Shown: piece after piece, positions 46,001 through 61,000 of the stretch | Numbering within the stretch: position 1 is the first letter of the stretch | Layout of the letters: each line of letters opens with the position of its first letter | Assembly (NCBI GenBank): GCA_002633005.1 | Contig: NMRA01000647.1 | Location: 1 to 64,000, forward strand | DNA from: Phoronis australis | Taxonomy: Eukaryota; Animalia; Phoronida | Reading direction: 5' to 3' | DNA length: 64,000 nt | Notes under the pieces: generated by a model | What the model was told of the DNA's origin: nothing | What the model saw: the letters and a program-made list of their open reading frames with translations, nothing else | Database searches by the model: none | Program-made: the position numbers and the translations under genes

Positions 46001-49000
46001 AACATCTATAGCCTCCATAAAATTTTATACTTTTCGATTTTAAAATACAGCAATTAATTCATGAGTAAATTAATAGTCCAAACTTTTACTTAGGACAAAT
46101 TTTACTATTCGTGAATTAGGCGGAATTCCGTGATTCATGTATTACAGCTGAAAATCGGCTGATGCTTGTAATTACTAGCCTTTCTCCTCTCGGTCAATGA
46201 TCCATAAAATTACTTGTCAAACCCTTTTAACATAAAGCGCACTTGAAATCTTGAGCTTTTACTCGAGTGTGTACTTCGAATATAGAGGTTATCAGGTGCA
46301 ACGAAACTTCGAGTACATGAACTGCAATATACTCGACTACAGAACAGTGGACATTTAGTTGGCACAAAAGCAGAACAGAAAATATGAAAAATAAAGGCGA
46401 ATTCGGAGTCCAGAAAGAGATTTAATGACAACAACACAAATAATATGTTATCAACTAGGTTTATTCAAACGCGGCAGCACCGATGTTGACGACTCGTCGA
46501 ACCTTCAGGCTAACTGTGTCAGACGAGCGGACTAATGGTTGAGCGGTTTCGTTTGAGAAACATATCCACGGGGTAGCGAAAGAGAAAACGGGTTGACACC
46601 TACTTGACAGGGTGATGACAATTACCTGGGCTTGATTAAATTAATGGTGGTTACTGTTGCGTTTTTCCTAATGTTGTAACTTAAAGATACTTGCCAGCAA
46701 ATCCGTGATTGAGTTTTCCAGCAATCCGGTGAACCCACGTGAATATAGGTCGTTTCGACGATGTTGGATCTGGCCTCGCCAAAGCCAGTAGCAACTGTAT
46801 ACATAGAAGAGACATGACGACTATGCCAATGGCCGCGTGCAGAGTTACCGCCTGAAATACGACGTGATTTTGTTGAAGGAATATTTAAAAGACATAACTG
46901 TTCCAAAAACGGTGGCTGCGGAGCCAAATGGGTTTCTTTTAAGTCAAACGTGAGCACATTGCCATTGCCAAATTTACAGATGGGCAACGTAACGAATTTC
47001 TGGTTAAGAAAATGTATACGTACATCTTTCCACCCTCCAACCTTGATGAAGATAAGTACAAAACTAGCAGCAGTAAGGACAAACACCAGTGACAGAGAGA
47101 GACGATGAATCTACAATTAAAAAGGGCACATGTTCACGTGCACAATGCTGGATTATGAAATATCATAAAAGTTCCGCAAAACATATTGATGTGTGTGTGT
47201 GTGCGCGCACGCGCGCGCGTGTGTGTGTGTGTTTGTGCGTGCGTGCGTGCGTGCCTGTGTGTGTTATATATATATATATATATATATTTTATTTAATTTA
47301 AAAAGTAAATCAAAATAGCCATGGAAACCAATCAAGTTATTTGCAAAGACGTGGACGTTTCGCTTTTGTTCGTTTATTCTGAGGAAACACTTGCTTGAGA
47401 TACTTTTACCTCAGTACACAGATGCTAAAGACTAGGTATCTGTAGAACGACTTTAGTACACTTAAAGCCATCAATTGTAAAAACAAATCTGCAAAGAGTG
47501 ATCTTTGAATAAACGTTTGCAAAATACTTTGTGTTTGGCTATAAACTGATTTGCCTTGTGCACGTTAACTAACCTGAAACCAGGCTTTCACACCGCATGA
47601 CATTTTCCCGCCAAAGCCTTCCCGGAAGTGTCTTCCGATAATCATCGCGAATCCAGCTAGTCCTATCCACGCGATAAAAACCATGATGGCTGGAAAAAAC
47701 ACCCAAACGTTATACACCACTGTGAAAATGATTTGAGGGGCACATCTACCATTTGGGTCCTTAAGGTATTCGACAAAGAGAATATAGTTCCAACTTAAAC
47801 TTACGTAACGCACGTCTACTGTACGTTCCGAGACTCACTCACAGCTATCAACATCACCTACGAGGCCCAAACAAGCGAGGGAAGTTTTCATTCGAAACAT
47901 TGGCAGAATACATGATAATAGAAGAGGCCCCATCCTCACCACTGTCATCTCTCTGAAGTAGAACATATACACTTACCGTGAGCTTGAATTGTCATAGGTA
48001 GAGCGTCCATGTAGACGATGTCTGTCGACTGGAAGCTGACCTTTCCCGGTGATACCAACGGGAGCTCGACGTGCTTGTATATGACGTCACTTCCTGCAAT
48101 CCAAAGAGTTTGGCGACGACGTTAACCATTGATTTAATGGCCAGCTGCTGTGATTGATCAAGGGCAAAGTGATTTTCAATTCCTATTGGTTGCTTTTGCC
48201 TAACTGCAGCGACTGGAATCTGTTCCATTTTGATTATTTCGCGTCACTTTCGACTAGCACACGAATTTACACTGTTGTTTGAAGAATACCGTGAGAGGAC
48301 CCAACCATTTTTACCAGGAAAAATCCCTGCCTGAGTGATTAAAGCAATAAGCTAACAAAACAGGCACAACCTGTTCAATAACTCATCAGTTGAAACTCAG
48401 TTCAATTTTGCGTTTCTCCCATGCTTTTCATTGCAGGGTACGTGAACTTAGCTTGCCCCTCCCCCCATTCAGTCCCCGCCTGTCTTTGAGTATTTCTGGC
48501 TCCGTCATATTGTCTACAACTGCTTTTATTTTAGGTAGGGTTCTTATGGCGTGTTGCCAAGCCCCATAGGCCTTTCTAAATCTGCCTGTGACTATTTGAT
48601 CAAACTACTAAGCCGACCCTAATGGATATGATCATCGTGTAACCGTTCCTATGAACAAAATAACAGATGAACAGCAGATGCAACAATAACCTGATTAAAC
48701 GTGAGTGTGACATCACTTTATAAATTCTGAAAAATTCGAGCTTATCACGTCATGATGTCCGTAAGGAAATGTTAAATTAGCAATCAATAAAAANAATTCC
48801 TATTGGTTGCTTTTGCCTAACTGCAGCGACTGGAATCTGTTCCATTTTGATTATTTCGCGTCACTTTCGACTAGCACACGAATTTACACTGTTGTTTGAA
48901 GAATACCGTGAGAGGACCCAACCATTTTTACCAGGAAAAATCCCTGCCTGAGTGATTAAAGCAATAAGCTAACAAAACAGGCACAACCTGTTCAATAACT

Positions 49001-52000
49001 CATCAGTTGAAACTCAGTTCAATTTTGCGTTTCTCCCATGCTTTTCATTGCAGGGTACGTGAACTTAGCTTGCCCCTCCCCCCATTCAGTCCCCGCCTGT
49101 CTTTGAGTATTTCTGGCTCCGTCATATTGTCTACAACTGCTTTTATTTTAGGTAGGGTTCTTATGGCGTGTTGCCAAGCCCCATAGGCCTTTCTAAATCT
49201 GTCTGTGACTAGTTGATCAAACTACTAAGTCGACCCTAATGGATATGATCATCGTGTAACCGTTCGTATGAACAAAATAACAGATGAACAGCAGATGCAA
49301 CAATAACCTGATTAAACGTGAGTGTGACATCACTTTATAAATTCTGAAAAATTCGAGCTTATCATGTCATGACGTCCGTAAGGAAATGTTAAATTAGCAA
49401 TCAATAAAAATGAAAGCATGTGATCAAGTGGATGATTTACCTGGCCCGGCCACTGGACCCCAAGCGATCATTGCGTAGAAATTGTCTTTAAGGTCGAACA
49501 CAAGCCTGTCGAACTTTGGCGGATCGGTGACATGCAAAACTTCCATCTTTTTCGGTCGTCGAAATCGACAGTAGAGAAAACCATCCTCGTACTGAATTTG
49601 TACATTTTTCAGGTCGTCCTGATAGAGTTAAGATTTCTCATGTATAAAATTAGCATTTGACTGGTTCACAAACAAAAAGAGACAAGCTCATATTACACTT
49701 ATCTGATTTAATGACGGCTTCCAAACTTAAAGTGGCAAGAGAAACCCTCCAAATACAAATCACAACTGCTGTCTATTTCACAATCCCCACTATTAAGAGT
49801 TCTGTTGAAATGTACCTTTATCTATGTGAGACAAAACTGGTGTCTTTCAAACGTGATTCTAAACAGGTGCTGTTTTGCCAAAAGGATCGTAAAAATCATT
49901 CCACTGAGACAGACATGGTTGATAGAGCTTTCACAAGCAGACCGATGAGAAGGCATGAAAACGGACGTCTGGTCTTCAATTCAACGCTTGCCAGACGTCT
50001 GGTTCCTTCTCGTTGTCCTCCCCCAAATCAAAAGGAATGTTTTCCCTCTTACGTACCATGAAACGCTGGATTTTTATAACTTATCCATAGGCCTGGTTTA
50101 CTCACAATGATGTCATGTGATTTGCAAGAATATTTAGCACTTTGCACATTAATGCTATGCTGATAACTTGTAAGAGGGCAGATTGGACACATTATTTATG
50201 AACTGTTAATTTATGCTGGTCAGACGTCTTATCACCTTATCGAAAAAAAATTCACATATGAACACGTTTTAGAAGGCTATCTTGTTTGCTAGGTCTGAAA
50301 CCTGAGACTCGTTTAAAACACGTACAGCTCTCAACCTGTCGTTGTAATACTTAGGGTTATACCCCTGTTGTACGGAGATTCCCGAGTCGGACACCACACA
50401 TGTTATCGTTTCGTCGTCACCCTGAAAAATCAACAAATGATAGTAATCAACAGCAGCCGCAGCAACTGGATGTCGGAAATATGCAGTCAGTCCGTTCGAA
50501 ATTAGCCCCATAAGCATGACTTTCTAGTAGGTGACAAAACTTACAACTACGTTATTGGTGAGGGTTATTTTTCTACAAAATGGGTAGAGTATCCAAACCT
50601 TTGCTATATTTGGAGGCAGCCGGGAAACTGAGAACCCCTACAGAACTGGAAGAAGGCCTGATCTTCACCAATCATTGCCATTTTACCCGGATTGCCACTC
50701 GAGACTAAGTCATGGATACCTAGGTCAAAATACCCACCGAAAACACTTGTCCTTGCTAGCTCAGCTCCGTCCTACATGTAGTTCCGACCAACCTCTGAGA
50801 TAATGTAGACAAGCGCTCTCCCCGGGTCACTACTCACTACTCCTACTACGTTAACACACTTAGTTTCTCATCCCAGGGTTTGATAAAAAGTTTCTACTAA
50901 CCACTTACCATAATAATGTCGTGGGAGAATCCCAACGACAGGTAATTTTCAGCGGGTCCAGCCATTTCGAAGTCGACAAATGTGTCGCGCGCGTCATAGG
51001 TGACGATGTACCGACATTGGTAACCTGTACAATACTTGGGCCATAGCAGGCATCCTTTTGTCCTGCCGCAGTCGTCCATGACAAGGCGAGGATCGAACAC
51101 TGGTGACGGCTGGAGACGAAATATACGTGGGTTAAATGTAAATTCTCGGTAATTCCCGTGGTCGCCTGTTACGATTTCAGTTGAAAGATCGTAGATATGG
51201 GAAAAACTCGCCTTGTCTCTAGCTGCAGCAGTACATCTCTCGGACTGCTGTTATGTTTTTAACTTTGAAAGTGTCAACTTACCGACCCCCTGGTATCACT
51301 ACTAGTAGTAATAGTAAACATTGGAACTGAACACCCAGCCTAGTATTCTGTACACGTACACGCTGTAAATGGATTTTTATAAAGTCACTTATAGATTTTT
51401 CGTTAAAATATACAAAAACTACACAAAAACAGTATATGAGACGACATCGGTTTTTTCTACATCCAATATTTATGATTTTACAAAATAATAATTGCTGTGA
51501 AGGTGGTGTATGAATACAAAACTTGTAGTAATTTTCATAACAGGCTTTGGTGTTTTATTGCAAGCATTTCAGTTTCATTCATGCACTTTCGAGAACGTCA
51601 CGATATTTTCGTAATAGTGGATATAATAGTTTTACAGCGGTATCACATTGAGCAGTTGCGCAATTTTATTTCTCAGTGTAAATTGGTTAAGCAGACGTCA
51701 CTGGTGTCATCCATTTAAATGAACACCTGTGAGTAGAACAAGAAACAAAATAATGTCAGTCGTTAATAAAGTTGACAACAGTTGTCAAGAGAATCTTAGA
51801 CATTATTAACCTAAATAAGCAATTATGTTTATTCATTATTTATAGTTTTTCATTTGAATGTGTAAACTAAAAATGGTCACTACAATGAATTTAACCAAAG
51901 TAAACTAATTCTCCATTTTCGTACAAGTATTAAAAGAAACNGGACACATTATTTATGAACTGTTAATTTATGCTGGTCAGACGTCTTATCACCTTATCGA

Positions 52001-55000
52001 AAAAAAATTCACATATGAACACGTTTTAGAAGGCTATCTTGTTTGCTAGGTCTGAAACCTGAGACTCGTTTAAAACACGTACAGCTCTCAACCTGTCGTT
52101 GTAATACTTAGGGTTATACCCCTGTTGTACGGAGATTCCCGAGTCGGACACCACACATGTTATCGTTTCGTCGTCACCCTGAAAAATCAACAAATGATAG
52201 TAATCAACAGCAGCCACAACAACTGGATGTCGGAAATGTGCAGTCAGTCCGTTCGAAATTGGCCCCATAAGCATGACTTTCTAGTAGGTGACAAAACTTA
52301 CAACTACGTTATTGGTGAGGGTTATTTTTCTACAAAATGGGTAGAGTATCCAAACCTTTGCTATATTTGGAGGCAGCCGGGAAACTGAGAACCCCTACAG
52401 AACTGGAAGAAGACCTGATCTTCACCAATCATCGCCATTTTACCCGGATTGCCACTCGAGACTAAGTCATCGATACCTTGGTCAAAATACCCACCGAAAA
52501 CACTAGTCCTTGTTAGCTCAGCTCCGTCCTGGTTCCGATCAACCTCTGAGATAATGTAGACAAGTGCTCTCCCCGTGTCACTACTCACTACTCCTACGAC
52601 GTTAACACACTTAGTTTCTCATCCCAGGGCTTGATAAAAAGTTTCTACTAACCACTTACCATGATAATGTCGTGGGAGAATCCCAACGACAGGTAATTTT
52701 CAGCGGGTCCAGCCATTTCGAAGTCGACATAGGTGTCGCGCGCGTCATAGGTGACGATGTACCGACATTGGTAACCTGTACAATACTTGGGCCATAGCAG
52801 GCATCCTTTTGTCCTGCCGCAGTCGTCCATGACAAGGCGAGGATTGAACACTGGTGACGGCTGGAGACGAAATATACGTGGGTTAAATGTAAATTTTCGG
52901 TAATTCCCGTGGTCGCCTGTTACGATTTCAGTTGAAAGATCGTAGACATGAAAAAAACTCGCCTGGTCTCTAGATACAGCAGTACATCTCTCGCACTGCT
53001 GTTATGTTTTTAACTTAGAAAATGTCAACTTACCGACCCCCTGGTATCACTACTAGTAGTAATAGTAAACATTGGAACTGAACACCCAGCCTAGTATTCT
53101 GTACACGTACACGCTGTAAATGGATTTTTATAAAGTGCTTATAGACTTTTCGTTAAAATATACAAAAACTACACAAAAAACAGTATGAGACGACATCGGT
53201 TTTTTCTACATCTAATATTTATGATTTTACAAAATAATAATTGATGTGAAGGTGGTGTATGAATACAAAACTTGTAGTAATGTTCATAACAGGCTTTGGT
53301 GTTTTATTACAAGCATTTCTGTTTCATTCATGCACTTTCGAGAACGTCACGATATTTTCGTAATAGTGGATATAATAGTTTTACAGCCGAGCTGTATCAC
53401 ATTGAGCAGTTGCGCAATTTTATGTCTCAGTGTAAATTAGTTGAGCAGACGTCACTGGTGTCATCCATTTAAATGAACACCTGTGAGTAGAACAAGAAAC
53501 AAAATAATGTCAGTCGTTAATAAAGTTGACAACAGTTGTCAAGAGCATCTTAGACATTATTAACCTAAATAAGCAATTATGTTTATTCATTATTTATAGT
53601 TTTTCATTTGAATGTGTAAACTAAAAATGGTCACTACAATGAATTTAACCAAAGTAAACTAATTCTCCATTTTCGTACAAGTATTAAAAGAAACACTCTG
53701 AACAAGCTTGCAGTACACTTTATATGCATCCCAAAATGAGACTCAAGCTAGCCAAGGGGACCTTACAGCTTAGATATACCATGTCACAATTTCATAAACT
53801 ATTCTTTTGTCATGGTAGAGTGCAATTAACCTCTAAATCCATTTGACAATTTAGGGCGTTTCTTTGCAACCATCATCATTGTGTTTGATCCCAGACTATG
53901 TTTTGGAAAAACATGGTCAGTCAAACGTTCCACATATGTTTGGTTAACAACTGAATTGAACAGGTAAAACATACATGTACAGTGGAGTCATATGGCCGAA
54001 ATTTTGTATTGCTACACTTCCTAGAATCCAATGCAAAGCATGCGCGCACCCAGCCTTTAATGTGGGGTGGCTCGAATTCCCGATGATGTGGACTTTTACC
54101 GACAAAAAAAATGTATATAGAACTAATAAAAACGGGATACCGCGTTCAGAGCTGTGAATTGTAAGTTTGTGCCATTTTAGTGGACTTTTTGTCTCGTTTT
54201 CTCGGACCTCTTGTTTCTCTGAGGGGACCTTTTTGTCCACTTCGCCAAATGGGGGGGCTCATTCGAAAAATAGACAGTCCCAAGACAGCATCAAAATACA
54301 CATTAAAGCTCCGTCATTAGAGAAGAGAAAATAGCTATGCATGTACTCAGGGTACCTATAAATAAATGCTCTTCAATTAAGTTTACTTAACATTAACTGA
54401 GTGTTCGATCACTAATTGGTAATTCATTTGTGTTTCGCCAGTGCCTGTTCGAAATCATCCATTTGATTTATTTTCTGTAGTAATGGATTGAATACAACGA
54501 GAAGTAAATATACCTGTGTGTGATTGGAAATATTCCTATAACTGCAGCAACACCCAGTGAATGAATGTGCTTATTTAAGAAAGCAAGTGAAAATTCAAAA
54601 AAATAACTCCAATATTCATTTGGCCAAAGATTAATGACATTTTCAGTTGAAAATTGGGTCTACTGAATATCCATTGACTGTGCTAAAATATATGTGCATC
54701 CAACGGTGTGTGTACATCGTTCCTATTCTTCATCAATTTGTCATGTTCTGTTCTCAGTACACCACTATACTTCTAATTAAATAACTGAAATACAACTACC
54801 GTTATTCTGCACCCATGTTATTTTAGCATTGTTTGCAATTACCTCTCTGATGAATGTTAGAGTTTTACAATGCATTCAGTTCCTGAAATTTTGATTCAAA
54901 TTGTGTCTAATAAGTTGCTCACCACTATTTCTTGTATAAAAAGTTATGAAGAAACGGAGATTGTTTATTTTATACAAGCTTAGTTGTTAGAACTACAAGC

Positions 55001-58000
55001 GGTATTTGATTTTACTGCCATTTCTTCAAGTCGGACTTTCCCGTGTCCTGATTTGACCTGTAGGCTTTGAAATTTTTCCACTGACGTTGTTCAATTCTTT
55101 GTATAAATAATAATGCGATTTTGAGTATATGTTTAAACTGGTATTTCGTGTTTTCAGTTGTCTCACTGGTTCAACTATATATATGTAATCCCCGGTGTAC
55201 GCATTTACCACAGCAAGCTTGGTTATATTCTGTCCTTTTGGTTTACATCCCTTAAACTGTTTATTAAACTGATGCAGTTGGTCAAAAGTAGTTCCGGTGC
55301 TTATTGCAGTTAGGTATTGTTTATGATAAGTGTCTGAAGATTCTGAGACCAGAAGAACAATCGTCACGGATTGAATCTTTGTTGACGGTTTTTTGAAAAA
55401 TATTGATTACGAAACGTTGCGTACAACTATTGGAGTATTGACTTAAAAGCCAAGACAGCGCGACGACGATTACCAATACTTGTACTTTGAGGATGTTGAA
55501 AGTCGAAAAACGTATTAGGTAAAAGTGATAACAGGTCATCAGATTGTATGCCGTTAAGACTTTTCGATGACCTGTCCAGTGGCAGATCTACGTTTTAGTA
55601 AGGGGGGGGTTAGGATTCGAGCGAATCAGAGGCGCATAGCGCTGAGCGGAAGGAAAGTCGGGAGGGGTTTCCCCCTCCCGTGTAAGATTTATTGTGGTTT
55701 TTAGTAGCTGATTTCGTTTTTTTGGTGAATTTTTTTCAATTTTTATTTTTGGTCCTGTCCTGAGGGGTGGGGGTTTGAAGCCCCTGAACCCCCTGTAGAT
55801 CCGCCTCTGCTGTCATCACACAGAGAGTACCGCACAGACAACTCCCTCTTCACATACAGTACATGTTAATGCTTTCCAGATGACGATCATCAAACGAGAA
55901 ATCCCTAACATCGGAGAAGGTAATAATATTGTTGTGTTGTTAAGACCATTGGTCATAATTCCTTTGTACAGATCAATAATTAGGGTCTTAAACTCTACCA
56001 AACGCCTAACAGTTCGATTCAAGTCAATCTTATTTTTTCTAATAACTTAGTGTCCCAGTTTGGGTTGTTGGGACGCGTGTCTTGATGTTTCATGCTTACA
56101 TGTACGTATAAACATTTTATGTGTTTTTCTCATCCAATTTGAAATTTAATGCCTCGCGAGAATAGCTTCCATTGACAGATTTAAAGGGTTGCAAAGGGGC
56201 AACTGTCATGGGCCCCTAACAAAAGAGGAACCCCTATATGAGGGACACTTAATGGCAATGGGAAACATTACACCGTTTAAGACAGGAAGCGTGTTTAATG
56301 ATTACGACTTCAGGGCTTCCCTCTGAGAGTGTTCTCTTAGGCCTATTAGTACAATAAAAGCAAAAAAGAGCGAGCATGGGTGTTTTCAAGTGGAGCCTTT
56401 AAATAGGAAACGGCGCAACATCGACAAGAAACTGTCATAACGATTCCGCTCCGTCCCAACGTGCAATATGATACAAAATTTCAAGATACAGTACAGAAGA
56501 AAGCGAGAGAGGGCTAGTTGGAAAAGCGGAGTTTATTCTCCGAAATTTGTCTTCAGGAATTTTAAAAACTTCTCAATACTGAATTAGCCACGGAAATCTA
56601 TACAAATGTCAAGCTTTGTTGGAATTTTTGGCACCACAGTGTATGCTTAAGTCGTCGTTTTCTTTTCAAGTGCTTGAACTGTAAACATTTAAAAACTGCG
56701 CCCCCATGCAGAACTAATGACAGGAACAGCATATTGCAATAGACAACGAAGTGGTGATTACATTTCCTGCACAACTATCTGACGATGGGTAAGAACACTA
56801 TGGTGCACGGATTTAATCATAAGTGTCTACCAAATGGAATCCAATCATATCTAAACAGGTGTTCTTCCGAAAAAATGGCTTTAACAGGCGATTGATTTGA
56901 TCTCCAGGTAAGGAAAATTCTAACGGTGCGATTTCTCTCTGTAGGTTGAGTTTATTATCTTACATGCCATTGCTTTTCACCAGTATACCTCAGTGATACT
57001 GTATTCGAAACGCAACTAGTGAATTGTTGTTCGCAGTATTCCATTCATAGACATCACAAGATGTCTATGATTCCATTCCTCTCCTGCCTACAAACTAGAT
57101 GATAAGCGTCACCTGTCGTACTAGGCAAAAACTAGCCATGCTATGTTTACGCTAAAGCCTTATTGAAATGCCCTGTTACCTTACTAATATAGTCGTATGA
57201 TTTAGCTGGTTCGTTGGCTGTCACGACCTCAGATGACACGTTGATCCAAAATGTCTCATATACTTCTACAATTGAACCCCTGAAAAGCAAATGAAATAGT
57301 TATTAAATTAAGTTGAAAATACACGGTATTTATTTAGCATTAGGTCAAAAACAAACACTAGTTCCTTTTTGATCAGGCGTATGTTTTTCAAAGTTCAAAT
57401 GAGCTGGCATTTCCGTGAAAAGAAATGTCAGGAACACTTTGATTAGTTGCATAGTTATCAGCGCACACTCTAGAAGTATGAATTGTAGTCCAGGGAATCG
57501 TATCGCACTGGTCTGATTTACCCTAAAGCAGCGATAGATATCACTGATCAAAGAACATTTCTAGAACAACGCCCAAAGTTTATGGTTTTCAACGGCTGGT
57601 AAAAATCTGAAAAACTGTTGCCTCAAGCCTGAAAAATAAATCAAGAGTGCAGAATTTTATGAAAATCGGCCAATGTGTACTGAAGAGAAAGCGATGGCCA
57701 CATGTTACTAAAAGCGTGGAAAAGAGGCCCCAAAATGGCCTATAAAATTTTCCAGTGCATTGCAACTGTCATCACAACTAGCATATTCTGTCTATGAATA
57801 GCGCTTTTAAAGACATTTTGAGCAATCAAAAATATAAGAATAATTTCAGGCAGTCTGGTACACGTTGTGCCAAACGTGCGTATGCCGCTCAATTAAGTCC
57901 GTTTAACTGATATCTCAGGTAGCAATCAAAAGTAATGATATGATCTTATACATTATGTGATATATTTAATTTTTGGAGAACGCCCACAGAGGTTGAAAAT

Positions 58001-61000
58001 TACGTTAATTATTAAGATGATCTATGAATACAGAAAAACATGTAATGTTCTTAAATTTCGTATGGATACATTATGATTCTTAACGGCAGAAACAAACAGA
58101 CAGTAAGGCCTTAAATTAAATCAGTTCTTGGCCACAGTAAGATTAAAAACCGGACGATCGCCGCACAAATGAAGAAGTTCATGATAAATCAACGTTTCGT
58201 CTATTCGTTAGACATCATCAGGATATTTGCATAGGACAACAAGTGCCAACATACATCTCAGGTGACATCTATGAAGTGAGGTGAGAGATACAGAGTTGTC
58301 AGTAGCTGATCATCACCATAGTTGCAGGGTCATTGAGCTCTGCATGTTGTTCAGAGAATCAGTAGCATGCTGGTTCTGAATGGCCAGTGATTTTCACTTC
58401 ACTTCATGGATGTCACCTGACATGTATGCTTGTTGGCACTTGTTGTCCTATGTAAATATCCTGATGATACCTACCTTCTTCATTTGTGCGGCGATCGTCC
58501 GGTTTTTAAGGCCTTAAATGTTTACCAAAACACGACGTCACCCACTGAGACATCCGGGGCCTGCCATTCCGCCACTAGTTTCGCCTTTCCTTTTTCACCG
58601 TCTTTGTGAGTTAGACAGTTCTGACGAAAAATATGGGATATTTGGTTGAGGTCAAAGCCAATGAGGGCCAGAGATCTATTCTCTGTACAAGAAACAACAC
58701 TAAAAATGATCAATTGCAAGCCATGCACTGAGAGGACATACACATCTGTAGGAGAATCTAATCATGCGGTAACGATTGGTTTCGAGACTAACTCAGAGTC
58801 GAGCTTGATTTCGGAAATTAGATCCAGGGTGCAAATGTATACAACTTTGAATACATGACAGATGTACTGGAGACTTATCAAAAGCATTTCAGGGGATAAC
58901 AAAACACCCAGTGCCGTCCATCGATGAGTGTATACATGTACTGAAAATTTTGATTGCGTCAGTATATTTCTTCATTTGAGGCGTGTTCCGTAGACACGTG
59001 ACACTAGCAGCGGCATCACGTGCTTCATTAGTAATGATTGGTAATTTCTCGCGAACACTTGCGTTTGGCGAAAGTCATGCGTCTACGTAAGTCGGCCACG
59101 CGTGAATGTTCGTCTTTATTGTAGTTGAATTAGGATAATCACGCAATGGATGACCTAAACGTTTGTATATGATGCCTTCGAAAAATGACAAATTTAGTCA
59201 TAATCGGAACACATCTCAGAAATTGTTGTTCGGATTCATATGAAACAAAAGTGAGACGTTTGTGATTTCCCTGAACACACGCAAAATTTGCATTAAACGA
59301 AAATCCGAGATTATATTTTGAACATTTATAATAAGCAAAATGTGGTTACGTGGTCAATATGGCAGTTTTGCTATCAATGGATTTTTGTTTTGTTTATTTC
59401 TACTAAATTGACACGGTCAGGGGATCCAATTAATAGCAGACAAATAAAAAGTCAAAATATGGTCCAAAGGCTTTCAACCGTTTCAGAAATTTTACAAAGT
59501 ACAAATCTATACTTTTGTGGAAATTTGGCTAAATACACGGAGTTTTCTGTAGTGTCTTACATTACATAAAAGTCGCCGTAATCAACTGTGGTCAGGGCTC
59601 TGTTTCATGAAAGTGACTTAAGGAGACAGAAGTTTGGTCGTGCGCTACCACTTTACAGTTGTTGAATTAAGGTTGAGACAAGAGTATCAATTTTTTAAAT
59701 GAATTTATATAAATTTTCTCAGCTACCAGTTGTGTATGTACTTTTTAGATACGTCACACGTTTGTTCATGTCCGATTTTGCTGTTTTTCGAAAATTGTAA
59801 TGTAGCGCGAAAGAACAAATTTCTGTCTTAAGCCTTACGTCACTTTTCGTGAAACAGACCTCTAGTATGAAAACATCAATTGGCTTCACAAGAGTACAAC
59901 TTCCAAAGCTATGTCGCCTCCGTGTTCTTTTGTCTGAATTAAGATCGTACTGAAGCTAACCCGCCGAGACAATCAATAGCGACCTGTCTCTTCCTAAGCA
60001 GGTACCATTTTCAATGTGTTCACAGAACCAGAGTTTACACCTGTATGGCTAAGTAAGAAAACATGAGATCGATTTTGCAGACTAAATTAATTTTTGTAGG
60101 CGTAGGTTTATTTCCCTTTTTCATATGAANAACGCCATTTTCACTGTTCTTTTGTCCACCTCAATTTCTTTTCCAAAAAGCTTTCGTCACGGTCGTGTTA
60201 GCGTACTCGTGTGGAGTAAAAGTTTATGAAAACGCCAAGAAAATTGCGTTTTCGGTTATATTGGCGCACTCGTGTGCAAAGGAGAAGTGACCGATATAAA
60301 AACGATATGTGTAGATTAAATATTTTTGAAAAGGCAAAGAAAAAGGTTGTGCTATTTAATTATGAAAACGCTTTACTATGGACAGAGCGTCTGCGAAATT
60401 TGACCCTGGGCTCACGGTACATTTACTTCATATAACTGCCGCTTGGTGGAAGGTTTGTATTCTTACAGTAAATCACACATTACATGCATAAGGGATCGTG
60501 CAACACAGCATCACGGACCACATAGATGTACATGTAACACTGAATACCGCGGACCCGGCAGCAAGTGATAGCATGGGCAAAAAGATTTTGATCACTGATA
60601 TGCAGTGCACTTTTCTAAACCACCATTCTGCAAACATGTGCCAAAGACATCATGACTGGCATGCTTGATATTTCGTCAAGCGATACATACCTGTACATGG
60701 ACGGCGCAGCACTGAAAAAAGTGGGGCTGTAGCCCAGAGCCCCCCTCTGGCGAACGGTCCATAGACCATGGGTGGCGTAGCTCTGAAAAAATGGGGGGTT
60801 TAGCCCCCCACCCCCTCCCCAGTCCCCTATGTTGCGCCGTTCATGATGTAGAAATGGTTATGACAAGTACATGTACAACGTGTACGTAGCAGTCCCAGAT
60901 TACGTCATGGTCCCCGTCCATGGTAATGGACCTATTTGACTGCAGTTTGTCATGTGCACTGCGGCGAATAAAAAGACATTTAACTAACACATTCTAAGAA

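Noticed and set aside
46200-46620. Possible second hammerhead or Penelope terminal remnant
   Set aside because: The core boxes are incomplete; I could not build the fold.
48175-49410. Real intronic tandem duplication
   Set aside because: Near-identical copies abut at a single N, typical of overlapping contigs.
49657-50061. 134-aa plus-strand ORF (also 55026..55367, 61061..61496)
   Set aside because: Intronic or antisense, mostly non-ATG starts, no recognisable domain.
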